A DNA stretch of 34,421 bases from a bacterium (GTDB taxonomy: Bacteria > UBA10199 > 2-02-FULL-44-16 > DYJF01), in the NCBI GenBank assembly GCA_041739675.1, contig JBGSNL010000020.1:1-34421 (forward strand), written 5' to 3'. Below are positions 9,317 to 18,479 of the stretch, in pieces. A program made the translations under genes and the position numbers. Every line of letters begins with the position of its first letter. The first letter of the stretch is position 1. Under the pieces are notes generated by a model that worked only from the letters and a program-made list of their open reading frames with translations, had not been told where the DNA came from and made no database searches.

Positions 9317-10133
9317 TTTTCTAAAAAGATTATTTTCCGTCGGGCAGCCCCTTCCCGGTCTGCCTTTGATCTTTTTTCTCGTCGCGATCGTTTCGCTGCT
9401 TCAGCTCCCCGCCAATTATATAATGATAAATATTTCAAAGGATCTGGGCATCTCGATCAACGAAATATTCGTCATAGCGGGGCTGCCAATTGCGATGCTT
9501 TTGCTTTTCGGCTTTGACATCTCAAAACTTCTTCGATTCAAGGCGCCAAAAATACCCGCCTTCATATTCGCCGCCGCCATGTCTGTTCCGGTTGCAATGC
9601 TCATTGACTACGCCGCCTCCGCAAGCGGATCGCTTCTGCCGCTGCCTCAAAAATATCACGAGGTGATGGATCAGATGATGGTCTATTCGGGAAACTTCGG
9701 ATTCGCCGTCAAACTCCTTGTTCTATGTCTGCTGCCGGGTGTCTGCGAAGAGATATTTTTTCGCGGCATCTGTCAGACCCCGCTCGAAAATCGGTGGGGA
9801 ACAAGCATTGGCATCATAGTCACCGCCGCGCTCTTTGCGCTTCTTCACGGCAACCCGTGGTATTTTCACCTCTACTTCATTTTGGGATTATTTTTAAGCT
9901 GGACCTTCGCCGTCACGAGAACTCTCTGGATACCGATCGCCTGTCACGTCATCAACAATGCGTGGACTTTTTTAAATTATTCGCTGGGGATCGACTATCC
10001 TATCGATGGATTCGGAAGTGCCACGGACATACTTCTCATGCTGACAGGAATTATCTTCGCTTTCTTCTTCGCATTTGCCTTTATGAAAACGGCCCGGATC
10101 ACTTCACCTTCGATCCGATCGCGACATCCTTGA
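9294..10133 (+). CDS. CPBP (Abi/CAAX) family intramembrane glutamic endopeptidase
   Basis: Multi-TM protein with EEIFFRG, FALLH and HVINN motifs. Start (GTG 9294) is uncertain. Confidence 0.88.
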   Translation: MEKKSSSDFLKRLFSVGQPLPGLPLIFFLVAIVSLLQLPANYIMINISKDLGISINEIFVIAGLPIAMLLLFGFDISKLLRFKAPKIPAFIFAAAMSVPVAMLIDYAASASGSLLPLPQKYHEVMDQMMVYSGNFGFAVKLLVLCLLPGVCEEIFFRGICQTPLENRWGTSIGIIVTAALFALLHGNPWYFHLYFILGLFLSWTFAVTRTLWIPIACHVINNAWTFLNYSLGIDYPIDGFGSATDILLMLTGIIFAFFFAFAFMKTARITSPSIRSRHP

Positions 10134-12048
10134 GAGGGGTGAGAATGGAGATGGCATTCTCGTCCGACGCGGCCAAAAGCATACCGTTCGATTCGATTCC
10201 CTTGAGCTTTGCGGGTTTGAGATTGGCAACCACGACTATCTTTTTGCCGACCAGATCCTCGGGCGCGTACTGCTTCGCGATTCCTGCGACGATCTGGCGC
10301 GTTTCCGAACCGAGATCGATCTGAAGTTTTAAAAGTTTGTCGGCCCCCTCCACCTTTTCAGCTTGCAACACGGAGGCTACGCGCAGATCCACTTTCGCAA
10401 AATCCGTGATGTCTATGAGTTCGGCTGCCTGAATCTCCATCTTCTTCTCCTTTTTCTTTTCCTTTACCGGGGCTTTGACCTCAACCTTCGCCTTCTCTTC
10501 CTCTATCCTCGGAAATAAAGGCGTGCCCTCTTTCACCTGAACCGGTTTATCTATCCCGCCCCACGATTTGATAGACGAAAAATCCTGCGACTCAAACTTG
10601 CCCACGGCCTCGAGCCCCAGCTGGTTCCATATGTTCCCGGAGGTTTCGGGGATGAAGGGAGCCAATTCAATTGCCACGAACCGCAGGGTCTCGAGCAAGT
10701 GATAAAGTATGCAGTTTATCTGCGCGCCGTCGCCAGCCTTGGCAAGCTCCCACGGTTTCCATTCATTGATATAGCGGTCGGCGGCGGCCATCATCTCCCA
10801 TACGGTTGCAAGCGCGTTGTGGAACTCGACTTCACCTTCCGAGCAATCGAGAAATTTTCGAAGTTTTTCCAAAGAGGATTCAACTTCTTTTCTCAGCTCT
10901 TTTTCCTTATCGCCGATTTTGGCTTTGTCGGGCGGACTGATCTTCCCTTTCTGAAAACGGGTCGCCATCCCGATGGTTCTGGCAACAAGGTTACCCAAGC
11001 CGTTCGCGAGATCCCCGTTGTAGCGCTTTATGAAATTTTCCCACGTGAAATCGCCGTCACGCCCGAAGCCTCCTTCGCGCAGGAGATAATAACGGAGCGG
11101 GTCGGCGCCGTATTTTTCAATGACATCGAACGGCGTCACGACATTTCCAAGGCTCTTGCTCATCTTCTCCCCCTTGAGGGAGATGAAACCGTGGCCGAAG
11201 ACCGTCTTCGGAAGGTCAATTCCGGCGCTCATAAGCATGGCTGGCCAGATAACGCAGTGGAACCTCGTGATGTCTTTTCCAATGACGTGCACGTCGGCGG
11301 GCCACCATTTCTTGAAGAGCTTTTCATTCCAGCCGTATCCGACCGCGGTTATATAATTGATGAGCGCGTCGAACCAGACATAGACGACATGCGTGGGATC
11401 GTTGGGAAGCGGGATCCCCCACGGAAAAGATGCGCGGGAAACGCTTATATCCTCAAGCCCTTCGTTCAGAAGAGAGAGTATTTCGTTCCGCCTGATCTCG
11501 GGCAGAATGAATTCCGGATGTTTTTTTATGTGTGAAAGCAACCGGTCGCGGTATTTTGAAAGCGCGAAGAAATAATTTTCCTCTTTGAGCCATTTCGGTT
11601 TCGTCTTGTGGTTGGGGCACAACCCTTCCACCAGATCCTTCTCGGTTAAAAACGCCTCGCACGATTCACAGTACCATCCTTCATAGTGGGACTGGTAGAT
11701 GTCTTTGTTTGCGGCGATCACTGCGAAAAATTTTTTGACTCCCTCTTCGTGATTCGGGTCGCTCGTCTGAATGAAACCGTCATAAGAGATGCCAAGCTTT
11801 TTCCATATCTTTTCAAATTCGATGCGCATGCGGTCGCAGTAGACTTTGGGACCCAGCCCCTTCTCGTCCGCCGCCTTTTTCACGTTCACGCTGTGTTCGT
11901 CGTTTCCCATCTGGAAGTGGACATCGAACCCGTCCATCCTTTTGAAACGCGCGAGCACGTCCGCTCCGATTTTCTCATAGGCGGTCCCTATGTGCGGAAG
12001 ACTGTTCACGTAATCTATGGCGGTCGTGATGTAGAACTGTTTTGCCAT
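10099..12048 (-). CDS. metG: Methionine--tRNA ligase with C-terminal tRNA-binding (OB) domain
   Basis: YITTAIDYVN, HIGT (HIGH variant), zinc knuckle CxxC...CxxH, YVWFDAL, GKDI, KMSKSLGN, C-terminal DFAKVDLRV...SNGMLL. Confidence 0.98.
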   Translation of the reverse strand: MAKQFYITTAIDYVNSLPHIGTAYEKIGADVLARFKRMDGFDVHFQMGNDEHSVNVKKAADEKGLGPKVYCDRMRIEFEKIWKKLGISYDGFIQTSDPNHEEGVKKFFAVIAANKDIYQSHYEGWYCESCEAFLTEKDLVEGLCPNHKTKPKWLKEENYFFALSKYRDRLLSHIKKHPEFILPEIRRNEILSLLNEGLEDISVSRASFPWGIPLPNDPTHVVYVWFDALINYITAVGYGWNEKLFKKWWPADVHVIGKDITRFHCVIWPAMLMSAGIDLPKTVFGHGFISLKGEKMSKSLGNVVTPFDVIEKYGADPLRYYLLREGGFGRDGDFTWENFIKRYNGDLANGLGNLVARTIGMATRFQKGKISPPDKAKIGDKEKELRKEVESSLEKLRKFLDCSEGEVEFHNALATVWEMMAAADRYINEWKPWELAKAGDGAQINCILYHLLETLRFVAIELAPFIPETSGNIWNQLGLEAVGKFESQDFSSIKSWGGIDKPVQVKEGTPLFPRIEEEKAKVEVKAPVKEKKKEKKMEIQAAELIDITDFAKVDLRVASVLQAEKVEGADKLLKLQIDLGSETRQIVAGIAKQYAPEDLVGKKIVVVANLKPAKLKGIESNGMLLAASDENAISILTPLKDVAIGSKVK

Positions 12049-12050
12049 AT

Positions 12051-13058
12051 CTATTTTCTGCGGCGCCTCTCTCCTTTTCCCCGTTCCCTTTGCCTCGGTT
12101 GCCGCTCCTGCGGCCGCGATCTCGGCCGCGCGGCCTGTTCTGCCTTTTTCGTCTCCTCGCCCTTTTTTGCTTCCTCTTTGACCTCACCCTCCGGCTTTGC
12201 CGCTTGCGGCGCTATGTCGCGGAGATGCACCTTTGCTTCGCCCCCTTCGTCCAAACGTACGTGACAAACCTCGCTCAGCACATCGAGACCCGTGATTTTT
12301 CCGTTTCCCTGCGGCGTGCTCACAAGCATGCCCACCCTGGGCATTCGCTGCCTCAGTTCGCAATAAAGCGCGTTTTCATACGCAAGACAGCACTTGAGCT
12401 TGCCGCAAAGCCCCGTGAGCTTGGCGGGGTTGGGTGTGAGCCCCTGCGCCTTTGCCATCTGGATGGAGATGGATTGAAATTGTCTCAAGTGGCGGGAGCA
12501 GCAGGTCAAGAGCCCGCACGGACCAAGGCCTCCCCTGTGCTTCACCTCGTCTCGCGCGCCGATCTGGTGCATTTCGATCCTCATGTGCAGCGACGTCGCA
12601 AGGTCTTTCACAAGATTTCTGAAATCGACACGCTCCTCGGCAAAAAAAGTGAGTATGACCTTCTTCTCCCCTTCGCGCAGCTCAGCGCCAAGCGGTTTCA
12701 TAGGAAGGGCTCTCTCTTTGACCTTTTCGGTAAATAGTTCGAATATTTCGAACTCCTTTTCATTCTGCGCTGCGAGTTGCAAAAGTTCCTCGCGTGACGC
12801 GCGATGAAGCACCTTTCTGATATCTTTAGGCACGTCGGATTCCAAAACCGGCTGCGGCGGGGCGATGACAATGCCAATGGAGCTTCCCTGCTCCGCCTCG
12901 ACAACCACTTGTTCGCCACGCGCAAGGGTCTTGTCGTCGGTCAGATAGGTGTATATCTTTCCGGCCGTGCGATACTGGATCCCCACAATGAACTTCTGCG
13001 GCACGGAGGATTTTTCTTCTGTTTTTGTTTCTGCCGGTGTCTGTTCCATATCGCTCAT
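12051..13058 (-). CDS. PSP1-domain / RicT (YaaT) family protein
   Basis: ERVDFRNLVKDLA, RIEMHQIGARDE, GGLGPCG...CC, KLTGLCGKLKCCLAYE; conserved position between holB and metG; basic low-complexity tail. Confidence 0.92.
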   Translation of the reverse strand: MSDMEQTPAETKTEEKSSVPQKFIVGIQYRTAGKIYTYLTDDKTLARGEQVVVEAEQGSSIGIVIAPPQPVLESDVPKDIRKVLHRASREELLQLAAQNEKEFEIFELFTEKVKERALPMKPLGAELREGEKKVILTFFAEERVDFRNLVKDLATSLHMRIEMHQIGARDEVKHRGGLGPCGLLTCCSRHLRQFQSISIQMAKAQGLTPNPAKLTGLCGKLKCCLAYENALYCELRQRMPRVGMLVSTPQGNGKITGLDVLSEVCHVRLDEGGEAKVHLRDIAPQAAKPEGEVKEEAKKGEETKKAEQAARPRSRPQERQPRQRERGKGERRRRK

Positions 13059-13061
13059 TTG

Positions 13062-14012
13062 CTAATTTGCTAACGTAAATAACAATTGTTCAAACAGCAA
13101 CTGTTTATTGGCCGTCGTCGAAAGCCCGTCGCGCACAGCCGCCACCGATCTCAAATTGCCTTCAAGTTTGGACATCGGCTGATTTTCAAACACGTCCGTC
13201 AATTCGGCGTGTATCAGGCCGGAATCCGAACCGGTAGAGCGCCGGTAGAGCGCGTCCCTGTAGAAACTCACTATCAGATCCACGATCAGGGACGCCTTTT
13301 CGCCCTCTTTTGACCATGTTTCGGCAGTGGCGATGATATCCGACGAATTCGCACCCTTCAAAAAAGTTTTCAACCGCCCTATAACCTCTTCGATAAATTC
13401 GGGTTCGAGAAGCGCAACCGCTCCGATGCTCCCCTGCGATATCCTGGCGATCCTTTTTGCATTCGCCTCGTCAAATCCCCTTTTATCCCTGAGATAACCC
13501 GTGACGTCTGTTTCGGAAAGCGGGGAAAACATGATCTTCTGGCAGCGCGAGCGTATGGTCGGCAGCAAACGGTGGGGGAACGCCGACACCAGTATGAAGT
13601 GGGTTGCCTGCGGCGGCTCTTCCAAAATTTTTAAAAGCGAGTTGGACGCCGACTCGGTCATGAGATCGGCATCGTCTATTATCGCAACTTTTGCGTCCGA
13701 CTCAAGCGGATGATATTGAAGGCCCTGCTGCAATTCGCGAACCTGATCGATCAGAATTTTTTCCGTAACAGGTTCGATCGGGAAAAAGTCCGGATGGGAA
13801 CGGTTCTTTATCTTGATGCAGGGCGTGCAGACACCGCATGCCTTATTGGAATCGGCGCAGAAGATAGCGGATGTGAAAACATCCGCTACAAGACGCTTGC
13901 CGATCCCGGAAAGCCCGGAAAAAAGATAGGCGTTCGGAAGATGGCCGCTGATAAGCGCCCTCTTCAGCTGATCGATTTGCCGCTTGTGACCTATGATGGT
14001 GGACCACATCAC
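13062..14012 (-). CDS. holB: DNA polymerase III subunit delta'
   Basis: AYLFSGLSGIGK, zinc site C...CGVCTPC, HPDF, NSLLKILEEPP, LPTIRSRCQ; downstream of tmk. Confidence 0.96.
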   Translation of the reverse strand: MMWSTIIGHKRQIDQLKRALISGHLPNAYLFSGLSGIGKRLVADVFTSAIFCADSNKACGVCTPCIKIKNRSHPDFFPIEPVTEKILIDQVRELQQGLQYHPLESDAKVAIIDDADLMTESASNSLLKILEEPPQATHFILVSAFPHRLLPTIRSRCQKIMFSPLSETDVTGYLRDKRGFDEANAKRIARISQGSIGAVALLEPEFIEEVIGRLKTFLKGANSSDIIATAETWSKEGEKASLIVDLIVSFYRDALYRRSTGSDSGLIHAELTDVFENQPMSKLEGNLRSVAAVRDGLSTTANKQLLFEQLLFTLAN

Positions 14013-14650
14013 TTCACGACCTTCATTATTTCCTGGACGATCCTCTGGTGAATCGTGTCTACGGGTTCCAGTGCGTTGATGACCTTCACGCGGAACGGCT
14101 CGTTGCGCGCGATCTCAAGATAGCCGTCGCGCACGCGTTCGTGGAAATCTATAGCCTCCTGCTCGAATCTGTCTTCCTTGCCTGTGAGTTTTTCCTTTTC
14201 GTTTCTCTCCCACGCGCGTTTGAGACCCGCCTCCGCAGGGAGATCGAGAAGAATCGTAAGATCGGGCTTCAGTCCGCCCGTTGCAATCTTGTGGATCTCC
14301 GTAAGAAAATTTCTTTCGATCCTTCTGGCGGCGCCCTGATAGGCCGTCGTCGCGTCGGCGAATCTGTCGCACAGGACGATTTTTCCATCTTTGAGCGCGG
14401 GGGCGATAACCTCAAAGACGTGCTGACTCCTGGCCGCCGCGTACAAAAAGAGTTCGGCGACGGGAAACATTCCGCGATTCTCAACGGAAAGCAGTATCTT
14501 TCTTATCTGATCGCCGATGCGCGTTCCGCCCGGCTCCCGCGTGAGAATGGTCTCGTGGCTCCTGAGGTTCAAGAAATCCTGGGCGAGCCTTATCTGCGTC
14601 GTCTTGCCGCACCCCTCGATCCCTTCAAATGTGATAAATAGGCCAGCCAT
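14009..14650 (-). CDS. tmk: Thymidylate kinase
   Basis: FITFEGIEGCGKTTQ, TREPGGT, CDRF, AYQG, PDLTILLD, DRFEQE. Confidence 0.98.
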   Translation of the reverse strand: MAGLFITFEGIEGCGKTTQIRLAQDFLNLRSHETILTREPGGTRIGDQIRKILLSVENRGMFPVAELFLYAAARSQHVFEVIAPALKDGKIVLCDRFADATTAYQGAARRIERNFLTEIHKIATGGLKPDLTILLDLPAEAGLKRAWERNEKEKLTGKEDRFEQEAIDFHERVRDGYLEIARNEPFRVKVINALEPVDTIHQRIVQEIMKVVK

Positions 14651-14769
14651 GGCCCCCGATCTATTAATTTATGGCTAAAAAAGCAAGGATTTTAAATAGT
14701 TAGAAATACAAGCAACTTCGGGGTACCTCCAAACCGATAATAATATTGGAGGGGTGGGCTATCATCAAT

Positions 14770-14973
14770 ATGAGCAAAGTCGTTGAAATAACTTCGGCAC
14801 TGACAGGCGAGAAGATGAAGGTCTTTGACTTTCTAGAAGACAAGGCCGATTCGGCAGATAATCGTCCTGTGCCCGCCGCTTCCGCAGACTCATATACGGG
14901 CCCAAACGACCAACCGGTCTCTCTTGATTTCAATTCGCTTTTGAACGGCGGAAAGATCTCCCACACGTCATAG
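14770..14973 (+). CDS. Small acidic hypothetical protein (about 67 aa)
   Basis: ATG 14770 to TAG 14973 fills the tmk-pepA gap and ends 1 bp from the pepA stop. No recognised motif. Confidence 0.5.
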   Translation: MSKVVEITSALTGEKMKVFDFLEDKADSADNRPVPAASADSYTGPNDQPVSLDFNSLLNGGKISHTS

Positions 14974-14974
14974 T

Positions 14975-16498
14975 CTAAAGACTCGTCAAAAAATTCAAAA
15001 GAACACGCACTCCCGCACCGGTGCATCCGCGCGGGGCATACGCCAGATCTTCATCCGTCCAGGAAGTGGATGCGATGTCCAGATGGGCCCACTTCGTCTC
15101 GCCGACAAACTCTTCCAGGAAGAGCGCGCCGTTTATCGTGTCTGCCCTGCTCGACCCCACGTTTTTCATGTCCGCAATGCTTCTCATGAGCCCTTTTTTA
15201 TATTCCTTTTCCAGCGGGAGCTGCCAGAGCGGTTCGCCCGCCCTGTCGCCGTTTTTCTTGAGCTTGTCTATGAGCCTCTGATCGTTTCCGACGATCGCGG
15301 CGTAGCGCTCGCCCACCGCATAGACACACGCGCCGGTCAGCGTCGCAATATCTATCATATAGTCCGGTTTTTTATCGGCGGCATATGAAAGCGCGTCGGC
15401 CAGAATCATTCTGCCTTCGGCATCGGTGGTTATGATCTCGATCGTCTTTCCGTTTCTTGCCCTCACTACGTCCCCGGGCTTGATCGCGTTTCCGGCGGGC
15501 ATGTTTTCGCAGGCCGGCACATATGCGTCCACCTGAACTTGAGGTTTTAGCTCGGCCAGCGCCTTCATCACCGCAATGACCGCCGCCGCGCCCGCCATGT
15601 CATCTTTCATCTGCTCCATCCCCTTCGGGGGTTTTATCGAGATGCCGCCTGAATCGAAGGTGACACCTTTGCCGACTATGGCAATTTTTGTTTTCGCTTT
15701 TCTTGCGGGCTTGTACTGCACGTGGATGAAAACCGGAGGTTCGCTGCTCCCCTTCGCAATGGAGTAGAACGCCTCCATCTTCTCCGCCCTTATCTGTTTC
15801 GGCCCCATGACGTTTACGATCATGCGATTTTTAGACGCGATATCGCGCGCCAATTTGGCAAGCACGGCCGGCGTCATATCGAGCGACGGGGTGTTGCCGA
15901 GGTTGCGGGCGAAATTCGTCGCGTTTGCCACCGACTCCCCGATTTTGATCGCCCTCTCGAACATCGCCCTGTTTCCGGTTGCGATGAAATGAACCGTCTC
16001 AAGCGTTTTCTTTTTGCGGTCGTCTTCCTTTTTATATCGATCGAACGCGTATGAACCCAGAATCAGTCCCTCCACAACCGCCTGCATGCGGGTGGGAGTG
16101 CCTATCTCGCCGATAGATCCGCGCTCGAAGACCGCAACGACCGATGTCGCTCTCACATCGTTTGCCGCTTTCGCAATGTGGGCGGCCGCCTTTCGGAGTG
16201 TTTCAAGTGTGAACGCTTTTTTCTGCCCCAGACCAAGAAGCAGAACATACCGCGCCGGTATAAGACCGGCAGTGAACAGGAGCTTGTTTTTGCATTCGGC
16301 GCCGGTGAACTCTTCGACGCTAATGAGTTTTGAAATCGCCCCCTTGAGTTTGCGGTCGATTGCTATACCGCCGTCCTCTTTGGCAAGAACGGCCGGTTTC
16401 GGCTTTTCGCCCTTCTTTGTCTCTTTTTCAAACGAGGCCACGACGACGATGTCGGCCTTGAACGACTCGACCTGACCTTTGGCTATGCGAAATTTCAT
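14975..16498 (-). CDS. pepA: Leucyl aminopeptidase (M17)
   Basis: VGKGVTFDSGG, MKDDMAG, ENMP, TDAEGR, ATLTGA, WAHLDIA. Start trimmed to MKFRIAK at 16498, with GAAAGGGG upstream. Confidence 0.96.
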   Translation of the reverse strand: MKFRIAKGQVESFKADIVVVASFEKETKKGEKPKPAVLAKEDGGIAIDRKLKGAISKLISVEEFTGAECKNKLLFTAGLIPARYVLLLGLGQKKAFTLETLRKAAAHIAKAANDVRATSVVAVFERGSIGEIGTPTRMQAVVEGLILGSYAFDRYKKEDDRKKKTLETVHFIATGNRAMFERAIKIGESVANATNFARNLGNTPSLDMTPAVLAKLARDIASKNRMIVNVMGPKQIRAEKMEAFYSIAKGSSEPPVFIHVQYKPARKAKTKIAIVGKGVTFDSGGISIKPPKGMEQMKDDMAGAAAVIAVMKALAELKPQVQVDAYVPACENMPAGNAIKPGDVVRARNGKTIEIITTDAEGRMILADALSYAADKKPDYMIDIATLTGACVYAVGERYAAIVGNDQRLIDKLKKNGDRAGEPLWQLPLEKEYKKGLMRSIADMKNVGSSRADTINGALFLEEFVGETKWAHLDIASTSWTDEDLAYAPRGCTGAGVRVLLNFLTSL

Positions 16499-16518
16499 AA
16501 AACCCCTTTCACAAAACA

Positions 16519-16576
16519 AAATTCCAATAACCAAATACCAAATTCCAAACAAATTCCAAGCACCAATTTGGAATTT
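16519..16576. repeat. Degenerate heptamer tandem repeat (AAATTCC-like) with an inverted terminal copy
   Basis: AAATTCC-AATAACC-AAATACC-AAATTCC-AAAC-AAATTCC-AAGCACC-AATTT-GGAATTT. Confidence 0.8.
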
Positions 16577-16581
16577 CATCA

Positions 16582-16610
16582 TTGTTTCCACTGGTCATTT
16601 CAGCTACATT
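16582..16610 (+). promoter_or_regulatory. Sigma70-type promoter, probably for a leaderless transcript
   Basis: TTGTTT-N17-TACATT-N6-ATG(16617); no Shine-Dalgarno sequence. Confidence 0.55.
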
Positions 16611-16616
16611 CCAGCC

Positions 16617-17387
16617 ATGGCTGATTCGTTCGAGGTATTTTTAAAAAAACTTATGGAGGGCGCCGGGCGCGCGATCGAAAAGGTAATCGGCGAGGCACAC
16701 AAGGCCAAGGTGTCGGTCGGCGGAAGAAGCGGCATAAAACCCATCCTATCGCTGGAGAGTCAGATTCCTCCCGCAAAGATCAGGGACATGATAAATTTCG
16801 CCGTCGAGCGGACCTGTGTTCCGGCGCTGCCCGATCTCAAAGGACAAGCTACGCTTGAAATAGGGGAAGGGCCCTCGCTTCTTGTCGGCCGCTTCATGAG
16901 CCAGCATGCAAGGGTATCGGTCGGCTTCGAAATCGGCGGCACAAAGACTCTGCGACAGGGCGATTCCACCCGCGGTTATGTGGCAAGGGGCATCCCCTCT
17001 TCGCTTCCATTCGACAAGGATTTTTTTGAATACATCGGGGCAAGACTCGCCACGAATCTCCAAGGCGACGTAATCAAAGATGTAAAGGAAATCAGCCGCG
17101 TGCTCTCCCCGGGCGGGCAGGGTTTTCTTGTGGATTTCCATCCGTTCGGTCTCTATGCAAAAAAGGGAACCGAAAGACTTCGTGCGGTCGAATCGACGAT
17201 AAAGGGCGTGGAGGATTATTACAAGATATGCCGTTCGGCGGGCTTGAGAGTCGCCGATCTTCGCGAGTCGTTTGTCGACGAATCTTTCAGATCCATGTTC
17301 GAAGGTGACGAGATACAGGCATACAGGAACGTTAAGGGAACGCCGCTAGTAATTTTCATATTCTTCTTCAAACCACGGGCAAAATAG
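16617..17387 (+). CDS. Class I SAM-dependent methyltransferase-like protein (degenerate motif I)
   Basis: LEIGEGPS (motif I-like), LPFDKDFFEYI, KEISRVLSPGGQGFLVDFHP. Confidence 0.75.
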   Translation: MADSFEVFLKKLMEGAGRAIEKVIGEAHKAKVSVGGRSGIKPILSLESQIPPAKIRDMINFAVERTCVPALPDLKGQATLEIGEGPSLLVGRFMSQHARVSVGFEIGGTKTLRQGDSTRGYVARGIPSSLPFDKDFFEYIGARLATNLQGDVIKDVKEISRVLSPGGQGFLVDFHPFGLYAKKGTERLRAVESTIKGVEDYYKICRSAGLRVADLRESFVDESFRSMFEGDEIQAYRNVKGTPLVIFIFFFKPRAK

Positions 17388-17401
17388 AAACGGGATATAT
17401 T

Positions 17402-17863
17402 ATGGATTTTGACGAAAAGTTGGACGAGTTATATATCGATCTTCCTGAACCGCCGACACCTGCGGCCGGCACTGTTCACGCGGTCCAAGTCGGAAAACTT
17501 CTGTACATAAGCGGCGTATTGCCAATGTCGGAGGGAAAGATCCAGCCGAAGGGACGTGTGGGTCTTGAAGTGAAACTCGATAATGCGAAATTTGCGGCGA
17601 GGGTTGCGGCGGTGAATGCGCTTTCAATTATCACGGCCGAATGCGGCGGAACTTTGAACAAGGTCAAAAGAATTATCGAAGCAACCGGATTCGTCGCGTC
17701 CGGCGGCGATTTCAGACAACATTTCAAGGTTCTTGATGGCGCCACCGAGCTTTTGAACCAGGTCTTTGGTTCTTTCGGCAAGCACACCAGGAACGCAATC
17801 GGCTGCGCATCGCTGCCCGAAAATGCCTGCGTCGAACTATCCCTTATTGTAGAGCTGAAATAA
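17402..17863 (+). CDS. RidA/YjgF/UK114 family protein
   Basis: LLYISGVLP, GRVG, GFVAS, DGATELL..VFG..GKHTRNAIG..SLP...VE; the conserved Arg is present. Confidence 0.92.
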   Translation: MDFDEKLDELYIDLPEPPTPAAGTVHAVQVGKLLYISGVLPMSEGKIQPKGRVGLEVKLDNAKFAARVAAVNALSIITAECGGTLNKVKRIIEATGFVASGGDFRQHFKVLDGATELLNQVFGSFGKHTRNAIGCASLPENACVELSLIVELK

Positions 17864-18286
17864 TTATTCGGATTTTATTGCCGCCGCGAATTCTTCCTCA
17901 CGCCTTTTCTGCAACATGTGCTCAATCTTTCTGACGAGCGACCTCAGATGAAATGGTTTTGAAACGTAGTCGTCGGCGCCGTGCGTAAGACCTTCGATGC
18001 GGTCGGCCTGCGCGTCCCTTGCCGAGACGATAAGTATCAGTATGTCTTTTGTTGCCGGATCTCCCTTCAAACGATTGCACACTTCTATGCCGGAAATCTT
18101 GGGCATCATTATATCAAGAATGATCAGATCGGGTCTCGCCGTCTTCACCTTTTCGAAGGCTTCATCGGCGTTGAAAGCGCTCTGAATTGCATAGCCCTCC
18201 CGGACCAGCATTTTGCCCAGAACGGTATGAACTTCAGGCTCGTCATCGACAATCAAAATGAGTTTGGAACCTTCATTAATGCTCAT
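17864..18286 (-). CDS. Single-domain response regulator (receiver only)
   Basis: ILIVDDE, PDLIILDIMMP (phospho-Asp), VSA, GADDYVSKPF; no output domain. Confidence 0.93.
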   Translation of the reverse strand: MSINEGSKLILIVDDEPEVHTVLGKMLVREGYAIQSAFNADEAFEKVKTARPDLIILDIMMPKISGIEVCNRLKGDPATKDILILIVSARDAQADRIEGLTHGADDYVSKPFHLRSLVRKIEHMLQKRREEEFAAAIKSE

Positions 18287-18444
18287 GTTTTCATGGACTT
18301 ACATAATTATTGAGGGTGGTCAAGAAAATTTGAATAGTATTCAGGGCGATTTTTTTATTGCATCATCCTTTTCCTTCATTTATATTCCCATTTGCCTGTT
18401 TTTAAGGGGATTTTTGCCCTTTGAAATTCTGGGGGATCGAAAGC

Positions 18445-18473
18445 TTGACAGGGGGAATAAGCCAAGTTATAAG
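18445..18473 (+). promoter_or_regulatory. Near-consensus sigma70 promoter of the porin gene
   Basis: TTGACA (18445-18450), 17-nt spacer, TATAAG (18468-18473). Confidence 0.7.
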
Positions 18474-18479
18474 CGCTTA

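Noticed and set aside
11980..12000. MetG HIGT instead of HIGH (and PepA TTDAEGR instead of NTDAEGR)
   Set aside because: Plausibly within natural variation; the other catalytic motifs are intact, so no evidence of pseudogenisation.
16519..16576. Possible CRISPR or mini-array
   Set aside because: Units are 7 bp with no spacers and no cas genes nearby.
16479..16616. Overlapping N-terminal extensions of pepA and the methyltransferase
   Set aside because: They merely translate the heptamer repeat; better starts are 16498 and 16617.
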